Source of the DNA: Asterionella formosa
Lineage: Eukaryota
NCBI GenBank assembly: GCA_002256025.1
Contig: NKIB01012903.1
Span: 1 to 64,000, forward strand
Direction of reading: 5' to 3'
Length of the DNA: 64,000 bases
Shown piece after piece: positions 1 to 10,921 of this stretch. The notes below the pieces were generated by a model, which did not search any database, was not told where the DNA came from, and worked only from the letters and a program-made list of their open reading frames with translations. The number at the start of each line of letters is the position of its first letter. Position 1 is the stretch's first letter. A program made the translations under genes and the position numbers.

Positions 1-1020
1 TCACATGAAACCGTTAAAAGTAATCTTTTTTACGTGAAGAGTGGCATTAATGCATGTGAAGTACCACATAATTAACACTCATACGTAGACGAAATTTCGA
101 AAAGTGGCGTATTTCGCGTCTTAGATGCAGGCAAGACCATGCAGGACCGTTAAGGAGTGTTGGAGTTGAACAGAACAATTGCTTATCAAAAAATTTGCGG
201 GAATCAAACCACGCAACTTCATATCAAAGGCAATGTGCTCAACCAACTACCATAAGCTAGAGAAATGAAGTGTGAATTTTGATGATTGCTTGCTGGTTTC
301 CTCATTGTCATTTGCATTATAGTATTGTTTTGGACAAGTTGCTTCTACTCAAATTTTTGTGGTGTGTTTGGTTTGCTGCCCAAGTTCACTGGTAGGGATT
401 GTTGAAATTTTTGGGCAGGTTTGTTCATCCAGTGATAGTAGCAAAGAACTCAGTTCTAATATCTGGGAGCCAATTCTGCAACAGAACATGACCAAATCCA
501 AAATGCCTTCGGAAATAAATTGGATGATACATTGCTCTTTTCAACTATTGACAAATTTGTGGGAGAAAAAACGAGATGAAAAGAATGCAGCAATTTATAC
601 AGGAACTTAAGTGATGCATAAAAAAACTTATTTTGACATGAATGCATTCATCAAGCAGTCCATGAATACTGCATTCATGGGACTAAATACATTGTGACAA
701 TTGTGCTCAGTCCTATTGAGCCTAAGGGTAGTTTCATCCATGATGACATCAATATTTCATACTTGCTTGAAAACAAGAAAATGATATGTAAAAGATTTGG
801 ACTTTGACGTGATCAGACGAAAAATATCAAAGCTAGAAACAATTCTTTAAATGTCATGGTTCCATTAGCTCCCATAGGCCACTATGATGAAAATTGTGTA
901 GAGTTGAGTTTTCTTGCATAGCAGCAAGATCAAACCATCACAATCATACCTAGAGTTGGATAACTATAAAAGAAATGTCATAAAACCAAAAATGATCATT
1001 TAAGAAATGTCAATAAATTC

Positions 1021-2733
1021 TTAGCTCTTTCCACCAAATGCACTCGACAGAAACTTCCTTACCCTAGATGTAGGTGCTCGGGGAACTTCTGTTCTTCCAC
1101 CCATGCGCCTAATCAACTTTCCCAAGCTCAAACTACGACGTGATCTACGTGATGATGGCACGTCAGTAGTACTGAAAGGAGCACTAGCTCGTCGTGGACT
1201 TGATGGTATTGCTGTAGCATTTCTTTTCATGGTGGAATGAGTGGTCACAGCATCATCATCATCACTCAAATTAACATCTTGTGGCAAATGTTGCATTTCA
1301 TATAATGTTCGACCAACCATATCCTTGGTTGTGGTGGTTCGTGGCGTCCCACAGACATACAAATGAGATGGGCCGGCCGCTACAGTAGAAACCTGTATTT
1401 GTGCCAGGGCATCCAGTCGTCGGGGTAATAGTACATTGTGTTGTGAATCAAATGTTTGAATTTCCAAGAGGCGTCCCTTACATGGTGGTGATGATGAGGA
1501 GGGTAATTCTAGCATAGGTAGCTTTGATGATGTTGGGGTCATTCCCAAGACACCTGTATCATTGCAACCCCATCCGTAAACATGTCCTGAAGTAGATATT
1601 GCCACGGAATAACTTCCAGATGCAGCAATTGATTGAATCTTTGGTACTCTGGGTAATATTTGAGACGCAGTTTCCATTTGGGGAAATGGCACCACCTCGT
1701 CGGCGGCTAAAGAAGCCATTTCGTCGAAACAGGGGGCCAATTGAGGCGATGCGTCGTCCAAATCGCTTGTCGCTTGACTCTTGGCCCACTCTTCCGATGC
1801 AACAATGGCCACAAAATCCAATTCGGCAATTAATTTCGGTCTTGACACGACATGCGAAGGAAGGCCCAACCCCAATTGTCCTTCGGTATTATTGCCCCAC
1901 CCAAAGACTCGTCCGCCTCCTGTCAGGGCCAATGAATGCGATTCTCCTGTTGCCACTTGAATGACATGTACTTTTGAAAGTGCTTCCATAATTCTGGGCG
2001 ACGAAATGTTGGTAGATTTCCGTGATGAATGTCCACAAACGGCCGCTGCACCCCACGAATAAACTTTCCCCTCTACTGTCAATCCAACCGAATGTGCCTT
2101 CCCACACGCAATCATAGCAAATGATTCTTGAGTGTCCACTGGATGTGGATACACAATAGTTGCGGGAGTGGCAATGCCGCATTGTCCCTTTCTGTTCGAT
2201 CCCCAGGAAAAGGCTTTGCCCTCCTTGGTAATTGCAGCTGCGTGCCATGCTCCCGCCGTGAGTGCCACGACAGGACTTGCACCTGTTGCTTTGGGCAGCA
2301 AATGCGGAACCAATGTTGGCTCCGACGTGACACTCACATGAGGTCCCAGTCCCAATTGTCCAAAGTGACCAGCACCCCAGGAGAGCACGGCCGCGCCCCC
2401 CTGCAGCAGTACCAAACAATAATGGCGACCACAGGCCATGTTGGCGACTGGGAGCGGATAGGGAATAGTCACCTGGCGAGGAATGGAGTTTAGGACTCCG
2501 TGCATCGTGCCGACGTGGAATATTTTTCCAGAGCAAGTGAGGAAGAGTGTGGACGACGTTGTGCACTGAATGTCTTGTAGGGAATCGTTGTTTTTGTTGT
2601 TCCAGGGATGCGAGGGAAACGTGTAGGCTGGAATGGATTGGTCATGATCCTTTAGCGCCACCAACTCGGACCCTCCGAAAGCGTAATAGTAGTTGCTACC
2701 AAATCCGTACAGCTGAAGCTCCGAGCCGCTCAT
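1021..2733 (-). CDS. RCC1-repeat beta-propeller protein (about 570 aa)
   Basis: Repeated RCC1 blades (ACGRHYC..VLSWGAGHFGQLG; AGAWHAA..FSWGSNRKGQCG; ATGESHS..VFGWGNNTEGQLG). First ATG is at 2733 (MSGSELQLYGFG); the ORF track extends to a GTG at 2979. Confidence 0.9.
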   Translation of the reverse strand: MSGSELQLYGFGSNYYYAFGGSELVALKDHDQSIPAYTFPSHPWNNKNNDSLQDIQCTTSSTLFLTCSGKIFHVGTMHGVLNSIPRQVTIPYPLPVANMACGRHYCLVLLQGGAAVLSWGAGHFGQLGLGPHVSVTSEPTLVPHLLPKATGASPVVALTAGAWHAAAITKEGKAFSWGSNRKGQCGIATPATIVYPHPVDTQESFAMIACGKAHSVGLTVEGKVYSWGAAAVCGHSSRKSTNISSPRIMEALSKVHVIQVATGESHSLALTGGGRVFGWGNNTEGQLGLGLPSHVVSRPKLIAELDFVAIVASEEWAKSQATSDLDDASPQLAPCFDEMASLAADEVVPFPQMETASQILPRVPKIQSIAASGSYSVAISTSGHVYGWGCNDTGVLGMTPTSSKLPMLELPSSSSPPCKGRLLEIQTFDSQHNVLLPRRLDALAQIQVSTVAAGPSHLYVCGTPRTTTTKDMVGRTLYEMQHLPQDVNLSDDDDAVTTHSTMKRNATAIPSSPRRASAPFSTTDVPSSRRSRRSLSLGKLIRRMGGRTEVPRAPTSRVRKFLSSAFGGKS

Positions 2734-3947
2734 TGCGTGTGGATTGTCGGTGGTCCTTGCTATTGATCGCTCTGATTGCTTTGCATGCGCAGCAATGCAA
2801 AATGAAACGTGTTGCTGAATGAGTGTTTGAGCGTTTGTTCTTGACGCACTGGAGTTGTTGCTCGACGAAGGAAAGGCCTCTTGCGGGAAACAGACTATTA
2901 CCTGGTACGATGACAACAATGTATCAAGGATGCCCAACGAAGGGGAAGTAATAGGAACACAATGACGGGTGATGTCCACACAGTTAAATAGCAGTCAAAA
3001 GTCCAACACAAACGAAGCAAAGAAATTTCAATTAGGATGAAGATTTCTATGTGATAGCATTACCGGTATATCTGTATGTGGTGTAAATAAGAGTATAATT
3101 TTGTTCGTTCAGCAACCACAAAGAAGAACCATACCGGTATGCACTGCATCATTACCGTTTTCCTGTTCGTGCATGTTTGCGTACCTCTACCACCCTACCG
3201 GTAGTACACCGATTTCACAGCCCATCCGATACGAAGCAAAGCAGCCATCCTCGCCACCTATCAATTACTGCGTACTATCAATAATTGCAATGATCGGGAA
3301 GTGAAGTTACAGTTAAATTGTAACGGTTTTCATGTAAAAAGCAATTACATGCCGGAATGTATAGTACCTGGTACCTGGTACCGGTATATGCATAAACATG
3401 ATTGAAGTTATTTGACGATGTGAAACCCGGCAAGTTGCGGTAAGAATGATGTAAAATTGGTTGGTGAATGCATACATACTATATGTATGCCGGTATCTAA
3501 AAATTAGTCATGAACGCCACCAATGGTCATTCCCCTTATGCATACTGTCTGTGCATACAGGATGCTGAGGAATACATACACCGGTACGTCAGCGTGGACG
3601 ACAGGTACGGTACCGGGTACCAGGTAGTAGTACCTGGTACCTTACATCTATCTCCTGACATCATCACGCCCTCGTCGCTAAATACGTACCGTAAATCTCT
3701 GTGTAATTAAAAAAAGCATACCGGTACCGGTATTGTACCTGCCAGTATACCAGTACCCTTCCTTCATACTGGTACCAGGTACCGGTATACTGATCCTGAG
3801 CAGAGGAGGAGACGATTATATCTTTTTAGCTGACAAGGTCAGGACTGATGGGCCTCCTTCACTCACTCCCCATCCATCCTAAAAGCAAAACAGTTTTTAT
3901 TATTTTATTATTCATAATTGACCTTCTACAACAACCCACCTATTATC

Positions 3948-5156
3948 ATGTACCAGCTTCCCGTCTCCAAAATCAAGTTAACCAACGTGGCTGTCGTGAA
4001 ACTCAACAAGGACGGCAAGCGCTTTGAAATCGCCTGCTATCGCAACAAGGTCCTCAACTACCGACAGGGCATTGAAACAGACTTATCAGAAGTGCTACAA
4101 ACGGAACGCGTCTTTGTCAATGCCCAAAAGGGGGAATTCGCCAATCAGAAAGTGTTGCAACAAGTCTTTGGAACCACCGACGAACTTGCCATTTGCCAGA
4201 TTATCCTCACGACGGGACATGTCCAAGTATCGGACTTGGAGCGATCGCAGCAATCGCAAGCCATGCACCGGATGATTGCGACATTTATAAGCGAGCACTG
4301 TATCTCTCCTCAGGATGGACGGTCGTATACAGTCACGCAAATATCGCATGCCATGAAGGAAGCGGAATATGCAGTGCACCCGACAAGATCTTTGAAAAAA
4401 CAAAGTATGGATTGCTTGAAAAGACTTCAAACGGTGTTGCCCATTGTTAGGGCTAAAATGGAACTTCTCTTGACCTTTGATGAGGGTGCAGAAGTTACCG
4501 AACAGCTGGAGGAATGGCATATCCTTCCCACCGTTACTACTCCAACGTCTGTGACCGTTCTAGTCGACCCTAGTCAGTATCGGCCCTTGGAAGAATTGAT
4601 GAAAAAACTTAATGGACGATTGGAGATTTTGCGACAAGTTGTGAAGGAAGCCCCGGTAGCGGGGTCCTTGATCGATCAACAAGCACCAGAAAAAGAGGAG
4701 ATGACTGTTCTATCATTCAAACAAATCACTGAAACCGTGCAAGATATAACACTTCGAAACAGCGAGCGGAATGATGACGGTGAAGAAGAAGATGATGATG
4801 AACATCTCCCATCAACACGACGGGCTGAACAGAAGAAACAACAAAAACAATCCAAAAAGGCAAAACGTCGAGACAAGGAAGAAGCCATGGAACGACAAGA
4901 GCGAATCCAAGCGGAAACAAAACGTAGGGAAGATCGAGAGGGTGTGGCTGTCACTGCATCAACGACTGAATTGACCATGAAAGATACCAACAATAAGGCA
5001 TGCAACGCCTGTGGAGGATCTTTCACAGCCAAAGAGTATCGGGCTCACTTTAAAAGTGACTGGCACAGATACAATCAAAAATTGCTACTCAAGGGTATGG
5101 CAGCAGTGAGTGAGAACGAATTTTTATTGTGTGATGCTGATTTCTTAGCAATGTAG
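3948..5156 (+). CDS. SBDS: Ribosome maturation factor SBDS/Sdo1 with C-terminal C2H2 zinc finger
   Basis: N-terminal KLTNVAVVKL..GKRFEIACYRNKV..DLSEVLQ..VFVNAQKG is the SBDS signature. C-terminal CNAC..YRAHFKSDWHRYN is a zinc finger. ATG at 3948. Confidence 0.95.
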   Translation: MYQLPVSKIKLTNVAVVKLNKDGKRFEIACYRNKVLNYRQGIETDLSEVLQTERVFVNAQKGEFANQKVLQQVFGTTDELAICQIILTTGHVQVSDLERSQQSQAMHRMIATFISEHCISPQDGRSYTVTQISHAMKEAEYAVHPTRSLKKQSMDCLKRLQTVLPIVRAKMELLLTFDEGAEVTEQLEEWHILPTVTTPTSVTVLVDPSQYRPLEELMKKLNGRLEILRQVVKEAPVAGSLIDQQAPEKEEMTVLSFKQITETVQDITLRNSERNDDGEEEDDDEHLPSTRRAEQKKQQKQSKKAKRRDKEEAMERQERIQAETKRREDREGVAVTASTTELTMKDTNNKACNACGGSFTAKEYRAHFKSDWHRYNQKLLLKGMAAVSENEFLLCDADFLAM

Positions 5157-7502
5157 CAATTGGAAAAGTCCATTAAAATAAATTTGTTTTGCAGCATAAG
5201 TTTGTCTAGAAATGACATACTCAAAAATCGTTTCTCGTGGGTATCGAAGCAGCAGGGAGCAAGAACATTTTTGTTATGTGTTACGATGGTTACATAGCGA
5301 TGTCCTACCAGTGCAGTTGCTAGTCTCAAAATGATGTAGTGCCTAACCATCCTTTTCGTTTGCTTAAACTTATCACTTTCACAGATTCCCAGTCATTTGA
5401 TGTGGAATGAACTAGGATTGAAAGTTGCCGAATTATGCTGAAACCTTCAGCAGAAATTAAATAGAAAGGACGCATGCTAACAAACCCAATACTTAAAACA
5501 GTTGTTGGCCCATTCAAAAACGTGTACCTTTGATTTTTGACAAGTGTATAACTATAGCCTTTGACTAAAAAACAGATCACATTCGTAGAAAAAGGAAAGA
5601 GTTAACAACATTTTAGTTTTCTAACAGAGGAAATCAAAGAGATCCTATTAAAATATGCCATTTCAAAATCATTATTCTTGAAAAATACATTCCTGACATA
5701 TGATTATCATCCAAAAATGATCTTATCCTTCTTTGCGTCAGCCATTTATCATTATGCTTAAATGTCATTTGTGACCATTGGTATCATGTTGTGCCTCCCC
5801 CTCTCTTGGTGAGTCTTCCCTTGGTGACTTTCATGAGTAGAGCACTCGGAAAACTTGTTCAGCTACCCGATGGGACCAACAATAAGAAATGCATTATTCT
5901 CAATGAAGACAAGCGAGAGCTGTGAGGAATTCGCTTTATTTCTAAAACAGGATCTTTGGTCCAAACTTGATGATGATGTAGCTATGAATTGCAAAGAAAT
6001 ATTTATTCCATGAATTTTCTCTAGTTTTGCTGTAATTTTTGGTCATCTGGTTATATAACGTTATAACCTTGTCACCTATATCATTGTGAAGGAGAGGGGG
6101 ATCAATTTATTTCTTTTGTTGGCTGGTCAAACAAACTCTTTTAATTGTGAGAGCAAATATTTGTAAAATTTACATGCTGGAGCTTTCAACTTTGGCTCTG
6201 AAATGCACACATTTAGACAATGCCAATGCCTTAGCTATAGTTAGTAGTTCTAAGGGTAGCTTCCATCCCATAGAGGTTCGGGTATAATTCAGCGCCAAAG
6301 TTATGTCTAATCTCCAAATAGGGCAGATTAACGTTTTTAGTACTACTAGCTACAGTATGAAATAATTGCTCGACTGCCGGTACCTGTATTAATGGGAATA
6401 GATTTTTAGCCCTACTTCAGAGTTGATACAGTAGCAACTTTCTTAAATGTGTTTTTCCTATATTTTATATGGCTTGAACTAGGTTACCACGTTTTGAAGA
6501 ATTCTGAGGACATATTGTTTCAGCAGTCAAGCTACCTAGTTAGTCCCATTACTGATTTCAGTAAATGGCTACATCAACTAGCTCCACCGCTCCCCGCCCC
6601 ATACTAATTCACTATTCTTGCCTAGAAATTGTTTCTCAATTATTTTGAACTTGCAGCTAGCTAGCCAGTACCATTATCCGGACTTCTTCGTCACTTCTAC
6701 ACTTTTGGCCCTGGATGACAACCATGCATGGCCAGATTTTTACAGCACCAAAGTTGTGACTGAGTCTACTAAACGCCTCATCGGAATTGTGTAAAGTCCC
6801 TGCTAGGAGCAAATACTGGTAGCCTTCTAGTATCTGTGACATCATGCATGAACCATGCTACACTGACTTTCAATTGTGGCTTATTGCCAAATAGCTTAAG
6901 CTACTACTTAGAATTAGCAAGTCCGACAGTCGTGCAAAATAAATCGTAAATATATATAGTCGGCCAATAAATTGTACTCTGTCTTACCAGCAGGACTTCA
7001 ATTTCCTTTGACACCACTAGAAACACCCTCAAGATCCAATCATCTTAACCTGGTACATAGTTAATTGTAAATAAAATCACACGCTGCACAATACTGGAAA
7101 GTGAGATACCCGTAGGTATCTAATTGACCAATTTAATGGCCTCCTTTCCCTCTGCTATTGTATTCAGCGTATGTAATGGCGTCCAGTTTGGGTTCGTATA
7201 ATGTTGTGACGATGAGACTTTATGACGCAATCATTGTTCCTTATTCACGACAGAAATTGCCCCTCCTTTGATTTCTCTATGATAAAAATATATGATTATA
7301 AATCAGTGGGGTTCTTAGCAATAATATCGGAACACGACGGGATTGAGGAAATTGGTGTGCAGTTGCGAGGAAAAATTAATGAAAAAACTATACGGATAGA
7401 GTAATGGTTTTGATCAAAGCAGTGTGTTCGATAATTGTTATTTATGCTAACAATACAGTTGTAAATGTAAGATGTAATAGATATGGAATCAGCCGTTTCA
7501 AA

Positions 7503-8411
7503 TTATGCCAGGACTTTCTCCAATAGGCATCCAAATTCATAGTCAGTATCCACATCGTCAAGAATATTCGAAAACATATGCCTTGAAATGTTCAGAATAT
7601 CTCGTAGATAATCTGACGAGTCCATTTCGTCTTCGCTGAAAGTTTCGATTTCTGACCGCTCAGCAAATACTTCGGGTTCGATGAAATGAAATGGTCTTCC
7701 CTCGAACAGGACGGTATCGTCAAACTGAACCGACTTTTCACCATCAAAGGGCACAGAGAAGGTCTCAAGAGGTGTTTGATGCGACATACTTGTAGTAAAT
7801 TCCGGAGTTATCGATCTTCCATTGTCAATTACAGGAGACATGGAATAAAAGTTGGGTTCGGCACTTGGGTTGCTTCGGGCTCTGACACCTGTTCCCTTGA
7901 TCTTCATGCGATGGATCTTGAGTGTCAACGATTTCTTTCCCCTGAGAAAGAGTTCATGGTAGTATCCTCCTTTGTCCGGTCCTTTAGTCAAGCGGTTGAA
8001 GCCGTAAAGGTTGAGCTGACGTTGGAAGGAGGCGAACTTCGACTGCTTGAAGTACGCAGGCATCACCTTTTCGGTAAACTCCTTGTGATCGTGCACGACA
8101 AAGCATCTACCGTGTGGTTGCCAAGAAACAACATGGGCGAGGCCATCGTCTTCAATCTGATCGAGAAGCTCGTGCAGTCTGAGAGGGAATGCAGTAGTCA
8201 CACCTCCTTTTACGGAAGGCGATGAACCGACTTCAACGTCGTCGTCGTTCAAGTGATCGTGGTAGTTGTGAATGACGACATGGTGATGGTCAGAATCTGA
8301 TGAGCTTGCTGCTGGTGACCAGAAGGAGACGTTAGGGAACATCTCTGGCTTGCAGGCTGCGGAGAGGACAACGGCCGGGCGTTCAATTCTGACTTTTCGT
8401 GAGATGCACAT
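7503..8411 (-). CDS. Heat shock factor (HSF-type DNA-binding domain), copy 1
   Basis: FPLRLHELL..VVSWQPHGRCFVVHD..YFKQSKFASFQRQLNLYGF..GPDKGGYYHELFLRG, plus the diatom-type HNYHDH and EPNFY motifs. Confidence 0.93.
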   Translation of the reverse strand: MCISRKVRIERPAVVLSAACKPEMFPNVSFWSPAASSSDSDHHHVVIHNYHDHLNDDDVEVGSSPSVKGGVTTAFPLRLHELLDQIEDDGLAHVVSWQPHGRCFVVHDHKEFTEKVMPAYFKQSKFASFQRQLNLYGFNRLTKGPDKGGYYHELFLRGKKSLTLKIHRMKIKGTGVRARSNPSAEPNFYSMSPVIDNGRSITPEFTTSMSHQTPLETFSVPFDGEKSVQFDDTVLFEGRPFHFIEPEVFAERSEIETFSEDEMDSSDYLRDILNISRHMFSNILDDVDTDYEFGCLLEKVLA

Positions 8412-9733
8412 CTTGTATTAAAGTAAGTACTTTTTTTGAAAGCATATACAGGGAGAAATTTTATGAGACCGAAGTGTCGTGAGGCATCATCATGAGTCAT
8501 TAGTATACTGGTACGTAGCATACTACCGGTATTTGTGCATTTACCTGTACCTTCATCATCCATAATATTGAACAGTGCTTTTTTACGAGTTTTTGGTACA
8601 GGTCCTGTCATATTAATGCTCTACTTCAACCTCTCCAAATAGATACGGTACCTGGTACTCCCTGGTACCATTGCCTTGGTCACGAGGTGGTACTCTACCT
8701 GGAGTACCTGGTACCTAAGATACTACGGGACCTGTGCTCCGTCGCTAATTTTCGGTTCAACTCTTCGGTGGAGTTTATTTTAGTTACCCCGGGGGAACAT
8801 ATCACTATTTTAAATACCGTGTATATGCGACACTTACTCATAATTATGGTTTGAATGACAGGTCGTACGTATATCCGATCATGAATGTACTTGATTACCC
8901 CCTGGGGCAGACAAATTCGTTTTCTTGTCAGTCGTAGAAATTCCATTCCTTTACTTTCTCTTCAAGCACGATCAACATGCTAAATAAGAAAAAGAGCAAG
9001 CCAATTCTAACAAAGAAAGAATCATACATCTATTGAAACTTTGACCATATGTACAAGACTATACGTGAGATTTCTCCGGAAGAGCATATCACTGATGAGC
9101 GATATTGTTCATATTAGTAACGGTAAGTAAATGGGATGAGACATCCAGGATTTTTATTAATATGCACCGGTTTTTACTTGTCAATGACTACCAGTGGCAG
9201 ACAAATCCGTAATATTGCAGGCAGTCTACCCGTCTACAGGAATGTCCAAGCACGATCACCATGAGGCATTTAACCTTCTGTCGTTGAAGTAATATACCGG
9301 TAAAAGCAAGCAAAACGCAACAAGAACAGCAAATATTGTCGTATGAATGAAGGCAGTACACTCAAATTCCCATGACTCAAATTTTCTAATTTTTGATCTG
9401 GTGGTTACCAGCAAGAAATTTTGCTGAAAATGAGAACACGACATTGAAGGTCTGATGATTGTATTCATCTGTAGAAGTAGGGCGTAAACATCATGAGAGG
9501 TACACCGAAATACCTATAGCTACCGGTATTTGACAATGTGACGTCGAGCCTGTTCACGAGGAGATTCTGCTAAACCATTTTGCTCCTCCATAAAGAAGTC
9601 TATTGCCTTAAATATATAAATATTATAAAAGACAAACTTAGCCGCTGACGAGGGAAGTAATTGAAGATCAGCATTCAATTCCATGCTCAGAGTTACGAAA
9701 TAAAATTCCTATCAACTCCTCCTGTAAATTTGC

Positions 9734-9966
9734 ATTCGACTCGAGCTACCATGCAACCTCACGTGTCCCATCTTATTAGTTGCAATCATTTGTGAAAAGG
9801 AAGACAAGTCAAGTGCGCAAATATGATTCAATTAGTAGGTTAAACAAATCATTTAAAGAATTCCTATGATCAGTATTCGACTTGAGTTACCATGTACCTC
9901 TCATATCCAATCTCATCAGTGAAAACTATTTTTGACAATGAAGAAAAGTCAATGTCGCAATTGTGA
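9734..9966. repeat. Degenerate tandem duplication (period about 141 bp)
   Basis: attcgactcgagctaccatgcaacctc...aagtcaagtgcgcaa at 9734 versus attcgacttgagttaccatgtacctc...aagtcaatgtcgcaa at 9875. Confidence 0.6.
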
Positions 9967-10048
9967 TGATGTAATTCGCTTAAGGTTAAAAAAATTATAC
10001 AGTGAAAATATAAGGAAAATGAAATTGTATATACCGGTAGACTTCAAA

Positions 10049-10921
10049 TTATGCCAGCAATACCCGCTCAAGCAGGCATCCGAATTCATAGTCAGTATCC
10101 ACATCATCAATGATGTTCTTCGAGACGTGCGAAATTTCTTCAAGAAAAATTTCCATATCCTCATCGCTGAAAGGTTCACTTTCGGGTTTGATGAAATGAA
10201 ATGGTCTTCCTTCGAACAGGTCGGTATCTTCAAAATGAACCGACTTTTCATCATCAAAGGGCACAGAGAAGGTCTCAAGAGGTTTTTGATGCGACATACT
10301 TGTAGTAAATTCCGGAGTTATCGATCGTCCATTATCAATTGCAGGAGACATGGAATAAAAGTTGGGTTCGGCACTTGGGTCGCTTCGTGCTCTGACACCT
10401 GTTCCCTTGATCTTCATGCGATGGATCTTGAGTGTCAACGATTTCTTTCCCCTGAGAAAGAGTTCATGGTAGTATCCTCCTTTGTCCGGTCCTTTAGTCA
10501 AGCGGTTGAAGCCGTAAAGGTTGAGCTGACGTTGGAAGGAGGCGAACTTCGACTGCTTGAAGTACGCAGGCATCACCTTTTCGGTAAACTCCTTGTGATC
10601 GTGCACGACAAAGCATCTACCGTGTGGTTGCCAAGAAACAACATGGGCGAGGCCATCGTCTTCAATCTGATCGAGAAGCTCGTGCAGTCTGAGAGGGAAT
10701 ACAGTAGTCACACCTCCTTTTACGGAAGGCGATGAACCGACTTCAACTTCGTCGTCGTTCAAGTGATCGTGGTAGTTGTGAATGACGACATGGTGATGGT
10801 CAGGATCTGATGAGCTTCCTGCTGGTGACCAGAAGGAGATAGTAGGGAAGATCTCTGGCTTGCAGACAGAACATTCGACAGCATCTAGGCTTTCATTTCT
10901 GACTTTTCGTGAGATGCACAT
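10049..10921 (-). CDS. Heat shock factor (HSF-type DNA-binding domain), copy 2 (tandem paralog)
   Basis: Same motifs as copy 1. The DNA aligns to copy 1 at an offset of 2510 bp. Confidence 0.93.
   Translation of the reverse strand: MCISRKVRNESLDAVECSVCKPEIFPTISFWSPAGSSSDPDHHHVVIHNYHDHLNDDEVEVGSSPSVKGGVTTVFPLRLHELLDQIEDDGLAHVVSWQPHGRCFVVHDHKEFTEKVMPAYFKQSKFASFQRQLNLYGFNRLTKGPDKGGYYHELFLRGKKSLTLKIHRMKIKGTGVRARSDPSAEPNFYSMSPAIDNGRSITPEFTTSMSHQKPLETFSVPFDDEKSVHFEDTDLFEGRPFHFIKPESEPFSDEDMEIFLEEISHVSKNIIDDVDTDYEFGCLLERVLLA

Noticed and set aside
1889..2566. 225-aa alternative-frame ORF inside the RCC1 gene
   Set aside because: Overlaps a well-supported CDS and has no recognisable motifs.
1..3340. 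Short inverted match between 1-17 (tcacatgaaaccgtta) and about 3320-3337
   Set aside because: Too short, and cut by the window edge, to claim TIRs around the RCC1 gene.
7686..10735. Long plus-strand ORFs 7686-8225 and 9932-10735
   Set aside because: Antisense shadows of the HSF genes. They resemble each other only because the HSFs are duplicated.
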